In this document: positions 36,224-39,844 of the stretch, one piece after another
Numbering within the stretch: the stretch's first letter is position 1
Layout: each line of letters starts with the position of its first letter
Sequence record: DRR378314_1618
Length of the DNA: 39,844 bases
Reading direction: 5' to 3' (one strand)
Translations under genes and position numbers: made by a program
The notes under the pieces: generated by a model
What the model saw: the letters and a program-made list of their open reading frames with translations, nothing else
The model's database searches: none
Told to the model about the DNA's origin: nothing

Positions 36224-36240
36224 AGCACTTTTTGTGTGCA
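36224..36240. promoter_or_regulatory. NtrC-like enhancer site
   Basis: AGCAC-TTTTTGT-GTGCA matches GCAC-N7-GTGC, ~100 nt upstream of the -24 element. Confidence 0.6.
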
Positions 36241-36352
36241 TTATTCAGTGTGGAAAGGGATTTGGCGGAGTAACCTGTCCTAATCCATAACCAGTCGAGC
36301 CATAAGAAGTGAATCCGGCGAATTTCAACCCGGTTCGCTCATGAGGTTTTAT

Positions 36353-36562
36353 ATGAAACAAGTACCCCAGAAACAGTCCGGCACCAGCGGCTACTCCTGG
36401 AAACTGTCCGCCGTTGCAGCCGTGGCTTCGGTCATTGGTGCCGTGGTTACCTTCGGAGAAGTGTCGCTGATTGTCACAGGGTTGATTCTCCTTGCCGCTG
36501 TAGGATGGGGCTTTACCGCGAGAGATAATAAACAGGAGGCAGATAGCCGCCAGAACGATTAA
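36353..36562 (+). CDS. Small two-TM hypothetical membrane protein (69 aa)
   Basis: GAGG RBS, ATG at 36353, two hydrophobic stretches. Confidence 0.55.
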   Translation: MKQVPQKQSGTSGYSWKLSAVAAVASVIGAVVTFGEVSLIVTGLILLAAVGWGFTARDNKQEADSRQND

Positions 36563-36637
36563 CATCTCAAGCAGTGCCTGCCTCAGTGGCGTGAACGGCT
36601 TAGGCATTCGAGCCAGCCGCACCGGGCGTTACTCCAA

Positions 36638-37915
36638 TCAGGAGCTACGGTCTGTACCTTCTACCGATGAATACCGGTATGGCTCACCCTCTTCGTTCTG
36701 AAGCTGGTAATCGTAGGCGGCCTGCAAACCGGATTCTTCCTCACTGCCCTCGTCGGGTTCCTGGTCTATGTGGCGCGGATAAAGGGGTGACAACAAAGCG
36801 ACCAGAATGCCAATCACTGAAAAGATCGCAAACGCATCCGAGTAGCCGAATTCCTTCACCAACACGCCGACCAGCGGTGACCCGGCCGCCTGGCCAAGCG
36901 ACACAGCCATGAACGGCAGTACGGGCCCCATCGATAGCCGGCCTGGCAACAGGCGGATGCCGGTCATCAGATAGAGCCCTGTCAGGCTCATGTACGCCAG
37001 ACCAAATACCAGGGCGGAGAATGCCGCAATCGCCAGATTGTCTGGACTGGCGGCGAGCAATGCCAGGCTCGCGGAGAGCATCATCAGCATGAATGCCTGG
37101 GTGATCGGCGGGTTATTGCGGTCAGCCAGATCCGCCACCACGGCACCCCCAAGACCCGCCACGCCAACCGCCAGCCACAGCCACCCGGTTGCACTGGATG
37201 GCAGCGCACCGAGGTTCACAGCCAGGTCAGGCGCGAAGATCCAGTAGGCCGCGGAGACGAAGCCCATCATGAAGGCAAACAGCGAGAGCCAGAACAGGCG
37301 CGACCATTGCCTGGCGCTGATCGGAGGTGCTGGTACCGCATTTGATGGCATCACACGCGACACTGACGGGATGAAAATCCACGTTGCAAATACCCCGATG
37401 ACCGCCAGAACCGCAAAAGCCCCATACGCGTAACGCCAGGCACCGGCCAGGAACAGAATCGTCGGCACGGCCAAGACCACACCGATGCTGGTGCCCGCGT
37501 TCATGACCGAACTGACCCGCCCATGCAGGGACCGTTTCACCAGTGCCTGCATGGCGGCCGTGAGGGCGGGCATCATCAGGCCGGTGCAGATACCACAGGC
37601 GAACACACCCACTCCGAGGGATAAAGCGCCGGAAGCCTGGCTGATCAGTGCCAGGCCGAAAGCCCCAAAACCACCGGAAAGCATGGCCGTGTTACGGGCC
37701 CCCAGGCGGTTAGCGGATAACGGAGCAACCATCGTGGCGAGCACGAAACTGATCAGCGGCATGGCACCGATGATGCCGATCACGTCCGGTGCCAGCTCCA
37801 GCTCTTCCCGGATGGGCGGCACGAAGAGGCCAAAGGCGAAACGCGCAAGCCCGTAGCTGATCGCTATCAGTGCTGCCCCCAGGAGGGCAAACGCAGTGCT
37901 TGAGGGAAATTTCAT
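36638..37915 (-). CDS. MFS transporter (YbfB/YjiJ-like)
   Basis: SYGLARFAFGLFVP; ~12 hydrophobic segments; acidic C-terminal tail; GGAGG RBS. Confidence 0.88.
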   Translation of the reverse strand: MKFPSSTAFALLGAALIAISYGLARFAFGLFVPPIREELELAPDVIGIIGAMPLISFVLATMVAPLSANRLGARNTAMLSGGFGAFGLALISQASGALSLGVGVFACGICTGLMMPALTAAMQALVKRSLHGRVSSVMNAGTSIGVVLAVPTILFLAGAWRYAYGAFAVLAVIGVFATWIFIPSVSRVMPSNAVPAPPISARQWSRLFWLSLFAFMMGFVSAAYWIFAPDLAVNLGALPSSATGWLWLAVGVAGLGGAVVADLADRNNPPITQAFMLMMLSASLALLAASPDNLAIAAFSALVFGLAYMSLTGLYLMTGIRLLPGRLSMGPVLPFMAVSLGQAAGSPLVGVLVKEFGYSDAFAIFSVIGILVALLSPLYPRHIDQEPDEGSEEESGLQAAYDYQLQNEEGEPYRYSSVEGTDRSS

Positions 37916-38052
37916 TCAACCTCCGCAAGGCCAGCATCCAGGGTTGGGACCTTTACCTGTCACATTGTAGCCAGCGTAACCTGCAGCGAAACCCCAAGCC
38001 AAACTTGTCTCAGTGATCACCGCGCCGGAAGAACGCGAAAATTTGTAGCGGG

Positions 38053-38079
38053 TGTCGATTTCCTTCTACCTCACACGAC
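38053..38079 (+). promoter_or_regulatory. ECF42-type sigma promoter (TGTCGA-N17-CGAC)
   Basis: GGTGTCGATTTC...CGACTA upstream of a YciI/DGPF-type gene, the usual ECF42 target class. Confidence 0.65.
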
Positions 38080-38119
38080 TAACCAGTGAACCCACCAATA
38101 ACCACTGGAGAAAGACGGT

Positions 38120-38692
38120 ATGAAATACATGTTGATGCGCAAGGCCGATGCCGACACCGAGAATGGTGTCATGCCCACAGAAGACCTCCTACAGGCGATG
38201 GCGAACTACAATGAGCGGATGACGCAGGCCGGGGTGTTTATGGATGAGAAACACCGTGCCCAGGATAAGCTGCCCCGGGAGATGAACCTACACGTGGCTT
38301 TTGGTGGCAACTGCCGGGAAGCGATGGAATTCTATGCGGAGGTGACCGGCGGCAACCTGGAAGGCGTGATTACCTATGGCGAAACGCCAGCGGCGGCGGA
38401 CGTGCCGAAGGAGATGCATGACCGTGTTGTCCATTCCTCCCTCAATATCCGCGGCCGCCGGCTGATGGGAGCGGATATGGCGGGAGACTGCTACCAGCCG
38501 CCCCAGGGCGCCCAGATTCACTTGGAATACGACAATGCGGAACAGGCGGAGCGGGTGTTCCAGGCCCTATCCGAAGGGGGCACGGAGATCATGCCGTTTG
38601 AGCAGACCTTCTGGGCGGATCGTTTCGGAATGATCAAGGATCGCTTCGGGGTCCAATGGATGATCAGCAGTGGGATTGAACAGTGCCAGTAA
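38120..38692 (+). CDS. VOC/PhnB family protein with a truncated N-terminal YciI (DGPF) domain
   Basis: MKYMLMRKAD...AMANYNERMTQAGVF (YciI start) fused to FGGNCREAMEFY...MPFEQTFWADRFGMIKDRFGVQWMI (PhnB/VOC). Confidence 0.75.
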   Translation: MKYMLMRKADADTENGVMPTEDLLQAMANYNERMTQAGVFMDEKHRAQDKLPREMNLHVAFGGNCREAMEFYAEVTGGNLEGVITYGETPAAADVPKEMHDRVVHSSLNIRGRRLMGADMAGDCYQPPQGAQIHLEYDNAEQAERVFQALSEGGTEIMPFEQTFWADRFGMIKDRFGVQWMISSGIEQCQ

Positions 38693-38716
38693 GCGACAAC
38701 AACAAGGAGTCTTATA

Positions 38717-39202
38717 ATGAACACGCGAGCAAAGAACACCGTATGCCTCTGGTACAACGGCGATGCCGAGGAGGCCGCAAACTTCTACGCCAGGACATTT
38801 CCCGATTCATCGGTGGATGCCGTAAATCATGCACCGGCGGACTACCCATCAGGCTCGGAAGGGGATGTACTCACGGTGGAGTTCACTGTGCTGGGCATTC
38901 CCTGCCTCGGGCTCAATGGCGGCCCCCTCTTTAAGCACAGTGAAGCGTTTTCCTTCCAGGTAGCCACCATGGACCAGGAGGAAACCGACCGCTACTGGAA
39001 TGCGATTGTGGACAACGGCGGCGAGGAAAGCGCCTGCGGCTGGTGCCGGGACAAGTGGGGCATTTCCTGGCAGATTACGCCGCAAGTACTGTCAGACGCC
39101 ATTGCCAGCCCCGACCGCGCAACCGCGAAACGGGTGTTCGAGGCGATGATGACAATGGGCAAGATTGATATTGCAGCGATTGAGGCGGCGCGTTTGGGTT
39201 GA
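38717..39202 (+). CDS. VOC family protein (PhnB / 3-demethylubiquinone-9 3-methyltransferase-like)
   Basis: CLWYNGDAEEAANFY, LNGGPLFKHSEAFSFQV, DQEETDRYW, CGWCRDKWGISWQI, MGKIDIA. Confidence 0.92.
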   Translation: MNTRAKNTVCLWYNGDAEEAANFYARTFPDSSVDAVNHAPADYPSGSEGDVLTVEFTVLGIPCLGLNGGPLFKHSEAFSFQVATMDQEETDRYWNAIVDNGGEESACGWCRDKWGISWQITPQVLSDAIASPDRATAKRVFEAMMTMGKIDIAAIEAARLG

Positions 39203-39277
39203 TGCTGATTGCTGGCAGACACACAGTCCATTAGGATTGCGTGATCGCCTTCGCGCAATGGTAGTCTGAGCTCCCCC

Positions 39278-39844
39278 TTGAAACGCCACCACACAATACG
39301 CATCCGCCCCTACCTGTGGTGTGCCATGTTCGCAGCCCTTCTGGGCTGCGCGGTAGCCGCACCAACAATGGCCGCCAAACAGCTCACGCTCAGGCTGGCC
39401 GGCGTTAACGATTTCGACTATCTGTCAGACCTGCTGACTCAGGTGCTGGAAGCAGACGGTTATCGCGTTGAAATAGTAGAGGTATCCGGTATACCAACCA
39501 CCCGCCTGGAGCGGATGCTGGAGAACGGAAAACTCAGCGCCATGATGCTGGGTGAAACACCCTCCCGCAGCGAACGCTTCCTGCAGGTGTCGGTGGCCAT
39601 GACCGATAACCTGATGAATCGGCGCGTTCTTTTCATCCCAAAAGGCCAGCAACGGCCGTATAACGATGTAAAGACACTCGATGATTTCCGGGACCTCGGC
39701 CTTTCGGCGGGCATGGGCGCGTCATGGCTTGACTACCAGATCTGGCAGGCCAATGACCTGCCTGTGATCGCTATGCACGGCGATTGGCGGCGGCTGTATG
39801 ACATGGTGGCCATAGGCAACCGGGGCATCGATTATCTTCCCAGA
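39278..39844 (+). CDS. Periplasmic solute-binding-protein-like gene, running off the window edge
   Basis: Manual translation is open to the end: signal-like MFAALLGCAVAAPTMAA, ...RRVLFIPKGQQ...VKTLDDFR...GMGASWLDYQIW...GNRGIDYLPR; start TTG 39278 or ATG 39326. Confidence 0.7.
   Translation, partial: MKRHHTIRIRPYLWCAMFAALLGCAVAAPTMAAKQLTLRLAGVNDFDYLSDLLTQVLEADGYRVEIVEVSGIPTTRLERMLENGKLSAMMLGETPSRSERFLQVSVAMTDNLMNRRVLFIPKGQQRPYNDVKTLDDFRDLGLSAGMGASWLDYQIWQANDLPVIAMHGDWRRLYDMVAIGNRGIDYLPR

Noticed and set aside
38120-39202. PhnB-like VOC genes as part of the phosphonate system
   Set aside because: The PhnB name is historical; no Pho box or operator is present, and the promoter is ECF-type
1-39844. 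CRISPR arrays, IS elements, integrases, tRNA/rRNA, C-P lyase genes
   Set aside because: No regularly spaced repeats, transposase/integrase motifs, RNA-gene signatures or phnGHIJ motifs were seen by eye; a covariance-model search was not possible

Overview
GC-rich gammaproteobacterial chromosome segment. A Marinobacter-like marine organism is inferred from gene content and style. It is packed with nutrient-scavenging modules; no mobile element, tRNA/rRNA or CRISPR array was seen. From left to right: (1) AraC/aldo-keto reductase and HxlR/nitrilase/GFA pairs. (2) A ~12.5 kb aminophosphonate locus: HAD-IB hydrolase, EamA protein, AepXVW-type ABC transporter, phnX, phnW, an FAD amine oxidoreductase, GntR/UTRA phnR and an 809-aa metallophosphoesterase lipoprotein. 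Five promoters in this locus share Pho-box-like 11-bp repeats exactly 10 nt upstream of a -10 hexamer, and four of them also carry a TGGT-N4-ACCA operator. This places the HAD enzyme and the exported phosphoesterase in the phosphonate regulon. (3) An allantoin cluster (allA, ureidoglycine aminohydrolase, puuE, racemase, two NCS1 permeases, GntR). (4) A DUF2959 lipoprotein, a prs paralogue, a GST pseudogene fragment behind an ECF42-type promoter, NIPSNAP/ABM/ArsR and a methyltransferase. (5) An uncharacterised seven-gene operon under a sigma54/NtrC/IHF-type promoter: GntR, TauABC-like ABC transporter, TauE exporter, atypical M20 hydrolase and allophanate-hydrolase-like amidase. (6) An MFS transporter, a YciI-VOC gene with an apparent internal deletion, a PhnB-like VOC protein and a solute-binding protein truncated by the window edge.
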